NCBI GenBank assembly: GCA_964599625.1
Contig: CAZRGC010000003.1
Location: 97,759-161,758, forward strand
Source: an uncultured Gammaproteobacteria bacterium
GTDB taxonomy: Bacteria; Patescibacteriota; Microgenomatia; UBA8517
DNA length: 64,000 nucleotides
Reading direction: 5' to 3'
Positions 28,592-37,270 of the stretch are shown one piece after another; the stretch's first letter is position 1; each line of letters opens with the position of its first letter. Both the position numbers and the translations under genes were made by a program. The notes under the pieces were generated by a model. The model saw only the letters and a program-made list of their open reading frames with translations. It had not been told where the DNA came from and searched no databases.

Positions 28592-30763
28592 ATGGCAGAA
28601 GTTGCAAAGAAAAAGGCAAGTATTGTTATGACGGCCACCAAGGACCGTGTAGTTTCCTATGAAAAAATTAGAAACATAGGAATTATTGCCCACATCGACG
28701 CAGGAAAAACTACAACAACAGAGAGGCTTCTTTATGAAACAGGCAGGACCTACAAATTGGGGAGTGTCGATGATGGAACCACAGTTACAGATTGGATGGC
28801 CCAAGAAAGGGAGCGTGGGATCACAATTGTTTCTGCTGCAATCACCGCTTTTTGGGACCTTAAAACAGATTCGTCTGTAGAAGCTGGTCATTACAGAATT
28901 AACCTTATTGATACACCAGGCCACATCGACTTTACTGCAGAGGTAGAAAGAAGTTTGAGAGTTCTAGACGGTGCTGTAATGGTATTTGATGGAAGGACAG
29001 GTGTTGAGTCCCAATCCGAAACAGTTTGGAGACAGGCAGATAAATACAACGTCCCAAGAATTTGTGTTCTAAATAAACTCAACTTGATTGGAGCTGACTT
29101 TGAAAGCTCAATCCAATCAATCAGAGAAAGACTCAAGGCAAATGCATCCCCGGTAGTAGTTCCAATTGGTCAAGAACACGACCACAGAGGTGTTGTGAAC
29201 CTTATTACAATGAAAGCTTTGACATTCAAAGCTATCGAAGACCACGAACTTACAGAAGGAGAAATTCCTGCAGAAGTTGCCGACATGGCCCAAAAATACA
29301 GAGCCGAACTAATTGAAAAGGTTTCAGAATTTGACGACGAAGCTCTTAACATGTTTTTGGAAGGAAAAGAACCGGATGAAATAACTCTTAAGCGGGCAAT
29401 CAGAAAAGGAGTTATTGCCGGCAAGTTCTTCCCCGTATTTGGTGGAGACAACAGAACTGCAGAAAGCCAGTTGCTTTTGAACGGGGTTGTGGAATTTTTG
29501 CCGTCTCCAATCGACGTTCCACCTGTGGTCGGTTCAAATCCCAAGACCGGAGAAGAAGAAAAAAGAGAAAGAAAGAACGAAGCTCCGCTTTCCGCTTTGG
29601 CATTCAAGGTTATCACGGATCCTCATGTAGGACGATTGGTTTATATGAGAGTTTATTCCGGAACACTCAAAACAGGACAAGAAGTCTATAACTCATCCAA
29701 ACAAAAATACGAAAGAATTGGAAAACTGGTTCTTTTGCACGCTGACCAAAGAGAGCTTATTGAAGAAGCATTCGCAGGAGAAATTGTTGCGGTTGTCGGT
29801 GTAAAAGATACTTCTACAGGTGATACGGTTTGTGATTCGGATCATCCAATATTCTTGGAGTCAATTTCGTTCCCAGAACCTGTCATATCACTGGCAATCG
29901 AACCCGCAACCAAATCTGATCAAGAAAAAATGGGAATTGCCCTTTCCAAGCTTTCGGACGAAGATCCAACCTTTAGAATCAAAAGCAATCCCGAGACAGG
30001 GCAGACAATTATCTCCGGTATGGGTGAGTTGCAGCTAGAGGTTTTGGTAGACCGTATGAAACGGGAATTCAATGTTGTCGCTAATACCGGTGCTCCGCAG
30101 GTTGCGTACAAAGAAACAATCAAAAAATCAGGCGATGGAGAAGGAAAATACATCAGACAAACAGGAGGACGCGGACAGTATGGACACTGTCTCCTTAGAC
30201 TTGAACCTTTGGGCAGGGGTGAGGGTTTTGAATTCAAGAGTGAAATCAAAGGAGGGGCAATTCCACAAGAATACATTGGGCCAATCGAAAAAGGTGTCAA
30301 AGAAAAGATGGAGAATGGAGTTTTGGCGGGCTTTCCTATGGTTGACATGAGAGTTGTCGTTTATGACGGATCATTCCACGAAGTTGACTCTTCTGAAATG
30401 GCCTTCAAGATTGCAGGATCGATGGCTCTTGAGGATGGTTTCAAAAAATCAGATCCGGGACTTTTGGAGCCCATAATGAAGATAGAGGTTTTCACCCCAG
30501 GTGAATTCATGGGAGATGTCATAGGAGACCTTTCTAGTAAACGTGCACAAATTTCAGGGTCCGAAGAAAAAGCGGGAGAAACAGTTATCTACGGCAGTGT
30601 TCCTTTGGCCGAGCTTTCTGGTTATGCAACCAAACTTAGGTCGTTGACTCAGGGTCGTGCCAGGGCCTATGTGGAGCCGTCACACTATGACGACGTTCCT
30701 TCGCATATAGCCGCGCAGGTTATAGAAAAGGCAGGTAAAGTTACAATGGCCAGGGGCCAGTAA
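28592..30763 (+). CDS. fusA: Elongation factor G
   Basis: G domain AHIDAGKTT, DTPGHIDF, NKLN. Full five-domain length (723 aa). Confidence 0.95.
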   Translation: MAEVAKKKASIVMTATKDRVVSYEKIRNIGIIAHIDAGKTTTTERLLYETGRTYKLGSVDDGTTVTDWMAQERERGITIVSAAITAFWDLKTDSSVEAGHYRINLIDTPGHIDFTAEVERSLRVLDGAVMVFDGRTGVESQSETVWRQADKYNVPRICVLNKLNLIGADFESSIQSIRERLKANASPVVVPIGQEHDHRGVVNLITMKALTFKAIEDHELTEGEIPAEVADMAQKYRAELIEKVSEFDDEALNMFLEGKEPDEITLKRAIRKGVIAGKFFPVFGGDNRTAESQLLLNGVVEFLPSPIDVPPVVGSNPKTGEEEKRERKNEAPLSALAFKVITDPHVGRLVYMRVYSGTLKTGQEVYNSSKQKYERIGKLVLLHADQRELIEEAFAGEIVAVVGVKDTSTGDTVCDSDHPIFLESISFPEPVISLAIEPATKSDQEKMGIALSKLSDEDPTFRIKSNPETGQTIISGMGELQLEVLVDRMKREFNVVANTGAPQVAYKETIKKSGDGEGKYIRQTGGRGQYGHCLLRLEPLGRGEGFEFKSEIKGGAIPQEYIGPIEKGVKEKMENGVLAGFPMVDMRVVVYDGSFHEVDSSEMAFKIAGSMALEDGFKKSDPGLLEPIMKIEVFTPGEFMGDVIGDLSSKRAQISGSEEKAGETVIYGSVPLAELSGYATKLRSLTQGRARAYVEPSHYDDVPSHIAAQVIEKAGKVTMARGQ

Positions 30764-30805
30764 AGTATTTGACTTAAAAACCCCGCGGTGTAAACTGAAT
30801 TAAGT

Positions 30806-31600
30806 ATGAATTTCTTTAAGAAAGTTGCTTCTAGTGTTTATTCCCCGGAGTTCTATTCCCAAATACCCAAAATGACACTTGGTTCTGTGTTGGGTTATTT
30901 TTTCTTGCTGCTTCTAGTGGTCGAACTTGTCATGTTTGGCAAAAGCATGCCGGAGTTTATGTTTGGTTTCTCAGGAAAGATAAAATCTACAATAAGCGAG
31001 GTTATCGACACTTATCCCAGTAATTTGGTTTTGACAATCAAAGATGGAGCGCTTTCCACCAATGTTAAGGAGCCTTACTACCTTATGGATAAAACCAACA
31101 ACAAGTTCGCGGTTATAGACACAAAAACTGCATACTCTGCCGATCAATTTAAAAAGTACAACGTACCGGTCTGGGTTACCAAAGATACTGTTTTTTACCA
31201 AGACAGCGACCAAATCAAGAGCAATAGTTTTGTAGAGATGAAAGATATGGTGGTAAACAAAGAACTTGTAAACAGTTTTTCTGCCAAAATATCTCCCTGG
31301 ATTCCATATTTTGGCCCTGTTGTTATGATTTTTGCACTCGTAACTCTTTACGCCCTCCAATCTTTCAGACTGGTTTATGGGTTTTTCCTTGCACTTTTAA
31401 TTTTGCTGGTTGCCAAAATGACCAAGAAAAGTCTGACGTATAAAGAATCTTACAAAGTAGGGATATTTGCCATGACACTACCCTTTATTTTAGAAGCGCT
31501 TAATACCTATATCGGTTGGAAGGCTTTTCCGTTCACTTTTACTATAATTGCACTTATTGTTGTTGGCGTAAATTTTGCAGGATCCAACTCGAAGAAGTAG
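30806..31600 (+). CDS. Hypothetical integral membrane protein inserted between fusA and tuf
   Basis: 264 aa with hydrophobic helices at the N- and C-termini (..LGYFFLLLLVVELVMF.., ..VMIFALVTLYAL.., ..IIALIVVGVNF..). Confidence 0.5.
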   Translation: MNFFKKVASSVYSPEFYSQIPKMTLGSVLGYFFLLLLVVELVMFGKSMPEFMFGFSGKIKSTISEVIDTYPSNLVLTIKDGALSTNVKEPYYLMDKTNNKFAVIDTKTAYSADQFKKYNVPVWVTKDTVFYQDSDQIKSNSFVEMKDMVVNKELVNSFSAKISPWIPYFGPVVMIFALVTLYALQSFRLVYGFFLALLILLVAKMTKKSLTYKESYKVGIFAMTLPFILEALNTYIGWKAFPFTFTIIALIVVGVNFAGSNSKK

Positions 31601-31610
31601 AATATTCCTA

Positions 31611-31640
31611 TTGACAGCTTTATTTAGGCTCAATTATAAT
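31611..31640 (+). promoter_or_regulatory. Putative sigma70-type promoter upstream of tuf (TTGACA-18nt-TATAAT)
   Basis: Consensus hexamers at 31611-31616 and 31635-31640. Confidence 0.55.
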
Positions 31641-31754
31641 TGCTCTAGGTAATTAGATTTCTTAGAGAAATCATAATAACTTTGGAGGCTAAATATGCCT
31701 CTTGTTTTTTGAAAGACAGTTATTTATACTAGCATTTCGGTAAAATTAAAAAAA

Positions 31755-32945
31755 ATGGCAGACGCAAAACAAAAATTTGATCGCAGCAAACCACACGTAA
31801 ACATTGGTACTATTGGTCACGTTGATCACGGAAAGACAACCTTGACCTCTGCTATCACCATGGTTCTTGCCAAGCAAGGACTCGCCACAGCTAAGAAATA
31901 CGAAGACATCGATTCAGCCCCAGAAGAGAAAGAAAGAGGAGTTACAATCAACCTTTCTCACCAAGAATACCAAACAGCAAAAAGACACTATGCTCATATT
32001 GACGCTCCTGGCCATGCCGACTATATCAAGAACATGATTACCGGTGCAGCACAAATGGACGGAGCAATTCTGGTTGTTTCCGCAGCAGACGGACCCATGC
32101 CTCAGACAAGAGAACACGTTATTTTGGCCAGACAGGTTAACGTGCCAGCTTTGGTAGTTTTCCTCAACAAATGTGATACAGTTGATGATCCAGAAATTAT
32201 CGACTTGGTAGAAGCAGACGTAAGAGAACTTCTCAAAAAATACGAATACCCAGGAGATGAAGTTCCTGTAATTCGAGGTTCCGCTCTCAAAGCAGTCGAA
32301 GGCGACGCAGAAGCAGAAAAGAAGATCACAGAGCTCATGGATGCAGTAGACAGCTACATCCCTGATCCTGTAAGACAAACAGATAAACCTTTCTTAATGC
32401 CTGTTGAAGACGTATTTACAATTTCAGGACGCGGAACAGTTGTTACAGGTAGAGTAGAACGCGGAGTTATCAAAGTTAACGAAGAAATTGAAATAGTTGG
32501 TATCAAAGACACAGCAAAGTCAGTTGTCACAGGTCTTGAGATGTTCAGGAAGACTTTGGACGAGGCTATGGCAGGTGACAACGTTGGAGTTCTTCTAAGA
32601 GGTGTAGAAAAAGATCAAGTAGAAAGAGGACAAGTTCTCGCAAAGTCGGGAAGTGTTACTCCGCACACAGAATTTGAAGCAGAAGTTTATATTCTTTCAA
32701 AGGAAGAAGGAGGAAGACACACGCCTTTCTTTACAGGTTACAAACCTCAGTTTTATATTAGGACTGCAGATGTAACAGGAGAAGCAACACTCCCCGAAGG
32801 AATCGAAATGGTTATGCCTGGCGACAACGCTAAGATGAAAGTCAAACTTATTCAGCCAGTAGCTCTCGAGGAAGGTCTTAGGTTTGCAATCAGAGAAGGC
32901 GGACACACAGTAGGTGCAGGAGTTATCACCAAGGTACTTGTATAA
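31755..32945 (+). CDS. tuf: Elongation factor Tu
   Basis: [22 protein letters not shown]. 396 aa. Confidence 0.97.
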   Translation: MADAKQKFDRSKPHVNIGTIGHVDHGKTTLTSAITMVLAKQGLATAKKYEDIDSAPEEKERGVTINLSHQEYQTAKRHYAHIDAPGHADYIKNMITGAAQMDGAILVVSAADGPMPQTREHVILARQVNVPALVVFLNKCDTVDDPEIIDLVEADVRELLKKYEYPGDEVPVIRGSALKAVEGDAEAEKKITELMDAVDSYIPDPVRQTDKPFLMPVEDVFTISGRGTVVTGRVERGVIKVNEEIEIVGIKDTAKSVVTGLEMFRKTLDEAMAGDNVGVLLRGVEKDQVERGQVLAKSGSVTPHTEFEAEVYILSKEEGGRHTPFFTGYKPQFYIRTADVTGEATLPEGIEMVMPGDNAKMKVKLIQPVALEEGLRFAIREGGHTVGAGVITKVLV

Positions 32946-32985
32946 CCGCTAAAAGCTTTCACGCTTCTAGCTCTTTCATAAGGAT

Positions 32986-33291
32986 ATGGCAATTAGACTA
33001 AGAGTCAAACTTAAAAGTTATGACCACAGGGTCTTAGATGAAGCAGCCGGTAAAATTATAGATACCGCGCTATCATCTGGTGCAAAAATTGTCGGTCCTA
33101 TTCCTCTCCCCACAAACCGCAGCGTAATGGCAATCAAAGAATCACCATTTACGGACAAAGACGCTCAGGAACACTTTGAAGTTCTAACCCACAAAAGACT
33201 TATTGATATTTTGGACCCAACCCCCAGAACTGTTGATTCTTTGGGCAACCTCGACCTCCCTGCGGGAGTTTCTATCGAGATTAAGATGTAA
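32986..33291 (+). CDS. rpsJ: 30S ribosomal protein S10
   Basis: [34 protein letters not shown]-like signature. Confidence 0.95.
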   Translation: MAIRLRVKLKSYDHRVLDEAAGKIIDTALSSGAKIVGPIPLPTNRSVMAIKESPFTDKDAQEHFEVLTHKRLIDILDPTPRTVDSLGNLDLPAGVSIEIKM

Positions 33292-33318
33292 GGCCTCTTG
33301 TTCGACCAAACCCCATAG

Positions 33319-33346
33319 TTGGAATAACTGAACTACCTGATATAAT
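33319..33346 (+). promoter_or_regulatory. Island promoter P1 (CCCATAGTTGGAA-16nt-TATAAT)
   Basis: TTGGAA 33319-33324, TATAAT 33341-33346. Shares the CCCATAGTT(T/G)G upstream motif with P2-P4. Confidence 0.5.
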
Positions 33347-33392
33347 GCCAATGTCTGAATTAAGTTAGATCTTTGTACAATCAAAAAGGAAT

Positions 33393-33701
33393 TTGACTAT
33401 GGATCCGATAAGAGTAGTTGTTGCAGTGGATGGCGACAAGGCAAAGTTCCACACCACTTTTCCGTTGGACGTGTATTTACCAGGACGACAAAAAAGGTCT
33501 GAAAAAGGCCAGGAGCTGGTAAACAAGTTGAAAGAGGTCAAGGGTATTAAAAACGAAGAGTTGGATATCTGGATCTACGAATATGAAATTTCGGCCAATA
33601 AGCTACACGCCTTTAAATGGAAGGATGAGGTCGCACCTGCTGTAGTTGAGGTTCTCAAGACCTTTTACAATCTCGGCACAGTCGAAATTGTATACGAATA
33701 A
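33393..33701 (+). CDS. Island ORF1, hypothetical protein (102 aa)
   Basis: ORF with its own promoter and downstream terminator. No recognisable motifs. Confidence 0.5.
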   Translation: MTMDPIRVVVAVDGDKAKFHTTFPLDVYLPGRQKRSEKGQELVNKLKEVKGIKNEELDIWIYEYEISANKLHAFKWKDEVAPAVVEVLKTFYNLGTVEIVYE

Positions 33702-33734
33702 TACCCTGTCCGAATATCTGTTGTGTTAGTTTTT

Positions 33735-33771
33735 GCTCCGCTTTGTGGAAATTTCCCGGGCGGAGTTTTTT
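33735..33771 (+). terminator. Rho-independent terminator, repeat-module copy 1 (GCTCCGC-loop-GCGGAG + TTTTTTGTGGC)
   Basis: 6-7-bp GC stem, 18-nt loop, T6 tract. Confidence 0.6.
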
Positions 33772-33793
33772 GTGGCCAACATTAGTCCCATAG

Positions 33794-33823
33794 TTGGATT
33801 TATGGTGGTTAATCTGCTAGAAT
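33794..33823 (+). promoter_or_regulatory. Island promoter P2 (CCCATAGTTGGAT-18nt-TAGAAT)
   Basis: Hexamers at 33794-33799 and 33818-33823. GGAGG RBS before the ATG at 33867. Confidence 0.45.
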
Positions 33824-33866
33824 CCGCTAGCACGTTGAATTATTACAGAACGTCCTTGGAGGAACA

Positions 33867-35015
33867 ATGATTCTTGGACTGAAATTAACTGTCGAAAACG
33901 ACGATATTGTCGACATTGGCGGAGATTTGTACGTCAAAAACTCCAAAGCCATGAAGCGTCTTCACAGGGAGCTTCGCTACCTGGGATACCAAATCGACAA
34001 CTTGCGGCACGATAAATACCGCTTGGACAAGGGAGCCACCCCGCGCGAAATGGAAAAAGGTGGTTGGTCGCTTTGGTTTGCCAAGTTACCCAATATCAGA
34101 CGTGGTGTCTGTGGAAGCTGTGGAGCAACCATTTCCACTCTCGGCATTCAGTCACACGGCCACAAATGCGAGAGGTGCGGCGAAGTGACCTACTGGGAAA
34201 TGGTGGAAGGATCAGTAATCCGGTTCGTCTTTTTGCAAAAAGAGGGCCGTGGAATGTGGGATCCCGAGCTTAAGATGAAAGTGCACCATTGGGATACGCG
34301 TGAAGGGCTTTTATATCTTTACCCGGAAGCCTTGGAAGGTGGCCTTTCGACTGTGACGGGAGATACAGCACGGCAGTACTTGGGCAATAACCACGAAAAG
34401 TGGAATGTAGTCACGATCGATGGCCAAAAAATTATCGTGATCAAGTACCCCAAGCAGTGGCGGCGCGATACGGCTGTTATCGAACCTTATGAGATTTACG
34501 GTCATCAGTGGAATCACAAGATCGTCAAAATCTACAAAGGTAAACATTACAGTGACTGGGACCGGCTCCCTGTTCCCGAGACATTTTCTATCTACGAAAC
34601 CTGGCACTGGGACAAGCTTGTGGCTTCGCCAACATTGCACAGGCGTGTATTGCAGGCTGTTCACAACACCGATGACAAGGGTTGGCACTACCAAGACGGT
34701 CGTCCCTGGTTTAGAGAAGGAAGCTGGAAGGGCATGGCAAAGTTTATTCGCCATTTTACAGCCCTTGATGCTGATGCCTTTGACCGAGCCTGGCCACGTT
34801 TCAGAAACGACGGTCCCGGCGGGATCGACGACTTGGCACACTTCTGTCACCCCAAAGCCATCACTCGTGATGAGCCAAACATAGGTAATGTTCTTGTTGC
34901 CATGGGGAAACGCATGGAAAATAAGTCTCTCACGCGCGATGAGATCGAAGCAGCCAAACGCGGCTTGAGCGATCCATTGACGGGTGATTTTTTACGTTCC
35001 CTGCGTAAGCGTTAG
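33867..35015 (+). CDS. Island ORF2, hypothetical Trp/His-rich protein with a Cys4 zinc ribbon (382 aa)
   Basis: CGSCG...HKCERCG cluster. Many W/H/Y residues. Higher local GC by eye. No family motif recognised. Confidence 0.55.
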   Translation: MILGLKLTVENDDIVDIGGDLYVKNSKAMKRLHRELRYLGYQIDNLRHDKYRLDKGATPREMEKGGWSLWFAKLPNIRRGVCGSCGATISTLGIQSHGHKCERCGEVTYWEMVEGSVIRFVFLQKEGRGMWDPELKMKVHHWDTREGLLYLYPEALEGGLSTVTGDTARQYLGNNHEKWNVVTIDGQKIIVIKYPKQWRRDTAVIEPYEIYGHQWNHKIVKIYKGKHYSDWDRLPVPETFSIYETWHWDKLVASPTLHRRVLQAVHNTDDKGWHYQDGRPWFREGSWKGMAKFIRHFTALDADAFDRAWPRFRNDGPGGIDDLAHFCHPKAITRDEPNIGNVLVAMGKRMENKSLTRDEIEAAKRGLSDPLTGDFLRSLRKR

Positions 35016-35028
35016 TTTTGGAGTCTCA

Positions 35029-35066
35029 CTCCGCCTTGTGGAAATTTCCCGGGCGGAGTTTTTTGT
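35029..35066 (+). terminator. Rho-independent terminator, repeat-module copy 2 (CTCCGCC-loop-GGCGGAG + TTTTTTGTGGC)
   Basis: 7-bp stem, 16-nt loop, T6 tract. Confidence 0.65.
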
Positions 35067-35087
35067 GGCTAAAATAAGCCCCATAGT

Positions 35088-35116
35088 TTGACATAACTTT
35101 GAACCTTTGATATATT
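35088..35116 (+). promoter_or_regulatory. Island promoter P3 (CCCATAGTTTGACA-17nt-TATATT)
   Basis: TTGACA 35088-35093, TATATT 35111-35116. Confidence 0.55.
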
Positions 35117-35156
35117 CACAAGGTTTATTTGCACATTATGGTTAAAAGGAGAGACT

Positions 35157-35660
35157 ATGGGAATTACCCATGCAGAGGGTGTTGACTTGCAAGAGTGGGC
35201 GAATGCTCACAAACCGGATGATGACTTGATTTACAGGGATGGTTATTGGCATCAAATCATCTTTGTCCGGGATCGCTTGCCACAGCCGCTTTTTGGCTCA
35301 TACGAAGAGTACAAAGCCAATCCGGTACGCGTGGTGGGTGATCATACAAGCAAATCAGTACTCCTTCCTGTTTACAGTATCAAATTTGCTCCTCTCGAAA
35401 TTCGGATGCGTTACAACTTTTACGACTGGAAAGTGAGTGTGGTATCTCAAGTTCCCATCAGGTCGAACTTTTACCCGTTCCTTTTTAGAGATGAAGCTGT
35501 GCACCCGGTTTATTTTGAGGGTTTTACCAATGACTGGGTTTTTGGCTCCTACTCTGCCGACAACACCAAATTTTCTGTTGAAATTAGCAACGAACACATG
35601 TTGTTCGCTTTCATGGCTATTTTAGCGGGTGATTTGGGCTTGGGAGGCAATAAGAAGTAG
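35157..35660 (+). CDS. Island ORF3, hypothetical protein (167 aa)
   Basis: GAGAG RBS. No recognisable motifs. Confidence 0.5.
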   Translation: MGITHAEGVDLQEWANAHKPDDDLIYRDGYWHQIIFVRDRLPQPLFGSYEEYKANPVRVVGDHTSKSVLLPVYSIKFAPLEIRMRYNFYDWKVSVVSQVPIRSNFYPFLFRDEAVHPVYFEGFTNDWVFGSYSADNTKFSVEISNEHMLFAFMAILAGDLGLGGNKK

Positions 35661-35672
35661 TTTGGAGCTCAA

Positions 35673-35710
35673 CTCCGCTTTGTGGAAATTTCCCGAGCGG
35701 AGTTTTTTGT
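35673..35710 (+). terminator. Rho-independent terminator, repeat-module copy 3 (CTCCGC-loop-GCGGAG + TTTTTTGTGGC)
   Basis: 6-bp stem, 18-nt loop, T6 tract. Confidence 0.6.
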
Positions 35711-35731
35711 GGCAAAAACAAGTCCCATAGT

Positions 35732-35761
35732 TTGACAAAGCCTCGAATATGGTTTTATAAT
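35732..35761 (+). promoter_or_regulatory. Island promoter P4 (CCCATAGTTTGACA-18nt-TATAAT)
   Basis: TTGACA 35732-35737, TATAAT 35756-35761. Confidence 0.55.
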
Positions 35762-35804
35762 CATCTGTTGTCAGAAATTTGTACTTTACAAAAAATAGCT
35801 TGGC

Positions 35805-35846
35805 AGGCAGCTTTTTACCCGTAAAATTTATGGTTGAAAAGCTGCC
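35805..35846 (+). promoter_or_regulatory. 10-bp stem-loop in the 5' UTR of island ORF4 (GGCAGCTTTT ... AAAAGCTGCC)
   Basis: Perfect inverted repeat with a 22-nt loop, about 75 nt upstream of the ORF4 ATG. Confidence 0.4.
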
Positions 35847-35922
35847 TACGGATGATAGTGAGGCGTATGGGAGCACTCCTAAAACAAAAACCAAATAAAA
35901 ATTAGAAAGTAACAGGAGCAAA

Positions 35923-36300
35923 ATGTCTCAATCTCAAAAGCGCGTTTCCGAACGCGAGGTACCCGAAGTCAATCCCAACAAGAGGTTTTTCCCAGACTTT
36001 CCTCTTTGCAACGACACGGCTACCCACACAAGCTATTCATACAGGAACAAGAAGGATGTCGGTGAAAAGGGTGTCGCCTTGGTAGAGGCTGTTTTGGCAA
36101 TCCACGGCGTGATCGATCTGACGATCTCAAAGAATGAACTTCGGGTCGTCAAACAACCTGCCCACACCTGGGAAGAGGTTACACCTTTGATCCACAATGC
36201 TTTCAGGCATGTTTACGGCGACGATATCAAATTTATCGGAGAAAACAAGGCTATTTTGGCCTACAGACGTCTCCGAGTTGCCATGAACGTGGCTAAGTAA
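35923..36300 (+). CDS. Island ORF4, hypothetical protein (125 aa)
   Basis: AGGAG RBS. No recognisable motifs. Confidence 0.5.
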   Translation: MSQSQKRVSEREVPEVNPNKRFFPDFPLCNDTATHTSYSYRNKKDVGEKGVALVEAVLAIHGVIDLTISKNELRVVKQPAHTWEEVTPLIHNAFRHVYGDDIKFIGENKAILAYRRLRVAMNVAK

Positions 36301-36315
36301 CATCAATGGCCTTCC

Positions 36316-36348
36316 GGCCCAAATCTCACAAGGTTTGGGCCTTTTTTG
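36316..36348 (+). terminator. Rho-independent terminator closing the island (GGCCCAAA-loop-TTTGGGCC + TTTTTTGTGGG)
   Basis: 8-bp stem followed by T6GTGG, the same tail as the three repeat-module terminators. Confidence 0.65.
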
Positions 36349-36353
36349 TGGGT

Positions 36354-36393
36354 TTGACCCGTGCTTGCGGCGTTTTGGTATATCTGATATAAT
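36354..36393 (+). promoter_or_regulatory. Putative promoter region re-initiating transcription into rplC (TTGACC ... TATATC / TATAAT)
   Basis: TTGACC 36354-36359. Candidate -10 hexamers at 36379-36384 and 36388-36393. A further small hairpin (GCGCCTTCCGAAGGCGC + T6) lies at ~36478-36500. Confidence 0.35.
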
Positions 36394-36539
36394 TCCGAAT
36401 AACAAATATGGTGGTTACAATGTTTGCTCAACCACGCTAAGTTAGTCTTTGGCAGATGCCTCACTGGCGCCTTCCGAAGGCGCTTTTTTGTTTAATGTCC
36501 TTCGACTCGCAAGAGCTCGCTCTAGGATCCAAAACAAAT

Positions 36540-37265
36540 ATGATCAACACAATTTTAGGTTCCAAGCTGAAAAACAGTCAAACCTTCTTGCAAGGGTTTA
36601 GGATTCCCGTGACCAAAATCATGGCAGGCCCCTGTACAGTCACTCAAATTAAGAAAATGGACAAAGATGGATATTGGGCAGTTCAGATCGGATTCGGTAC
36701 CAGACGCACCAAAGTTACTTCAAAAGCACTCCAAGGACACCTCAAACTAACAGCAAAAGAAAACCTTTTCCCCAGACATCTTAGAGAAATAAGATTAACA
36801 GAAGAACCCGAGTTTAAAGTAGGCGATACAATAAATGTCGCCGATATTTTTGCTGCAGGGGACGTTGTTGCTGTCACTGGGGTTTCCAAAGGCAAGGGAT
36901 TTGCCGGCGTTGTCAAAAGGCACGGTTTTCGTGGAGGACCCAGAACTCATGGACAATCTGACCGCGAACGCGCACCCGGATCAATCGGACAAACAACAAC
37001 ACCAGGCAGGGTCTACAGAGGCAAAAGAATGGCAGGAAGAATGGGTGGCGAACAAATAACCATCAAAAATTTGCATGTGGTATCAGTGAATGCAGACACC
37101 GGCGAGGTGGAAATTTCAGGACAGGTTCCGGGATCCGTTGGAACACTTCTTTCAATCAAAAAGATCAAAGCAGGCAGTCTTAAAGATTTGGAACACGAAA
37201 CAGTTGCTCAGGTAGTAGAAGGAGAAGGTGCTAAGGTTGCAGGTTCGGCACCAAAATCAGAATAA
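36540..37265 (+). CDS. rplC: 50S ribosomal protein L3
   Basis: L3 signature (..GVSKGKGFAGVVKRHGF.GGP..HG). Start placed at ATG 36540; the longer ORF-track start at 36456 would read through the leader hairpins. Confidence 0.9.
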   Translation: MINTILGSKLKNSQTFLQGFRIPVTKIMAGPCTVTQIKKMDKDGYWAVQIGFGTRRTKVTSKALQGHLKLTAKENLFPRHLREIRLTEEPEFKVGDTINVADIFAAGDVVAVTGVSKGKGFAGVVKRHGFRGGPRTHGQSDRERAPGSIGQTTTPGRVYRGKRMAGRMGGEQITIKNLHVVSVNADTGEVEISGQVPGSVGTLLSIKKIKAGSLKDLEHETVAQVVEGEGAKVAGSAPKSE

Positions 37266-37270
37266 TCAAA

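Noticed and set aside
34311-34850. 179-aa minus-strand ORF inside island ORF2
   Set aside because: The + strand ORF is longer, has an RBS and promoter, and fits the unidirectional operon; the antisense ORF is probably a GC-richness artefact.
36456-36539. Upstream extension of rplC proposed by the ORF track (MPHWRLPKALF...)
   Set aside because: The extension would translate through terminator-like hairpins and lacks L3 similarity; the ATG at 36540 gives a canonical L3 N-terminus.
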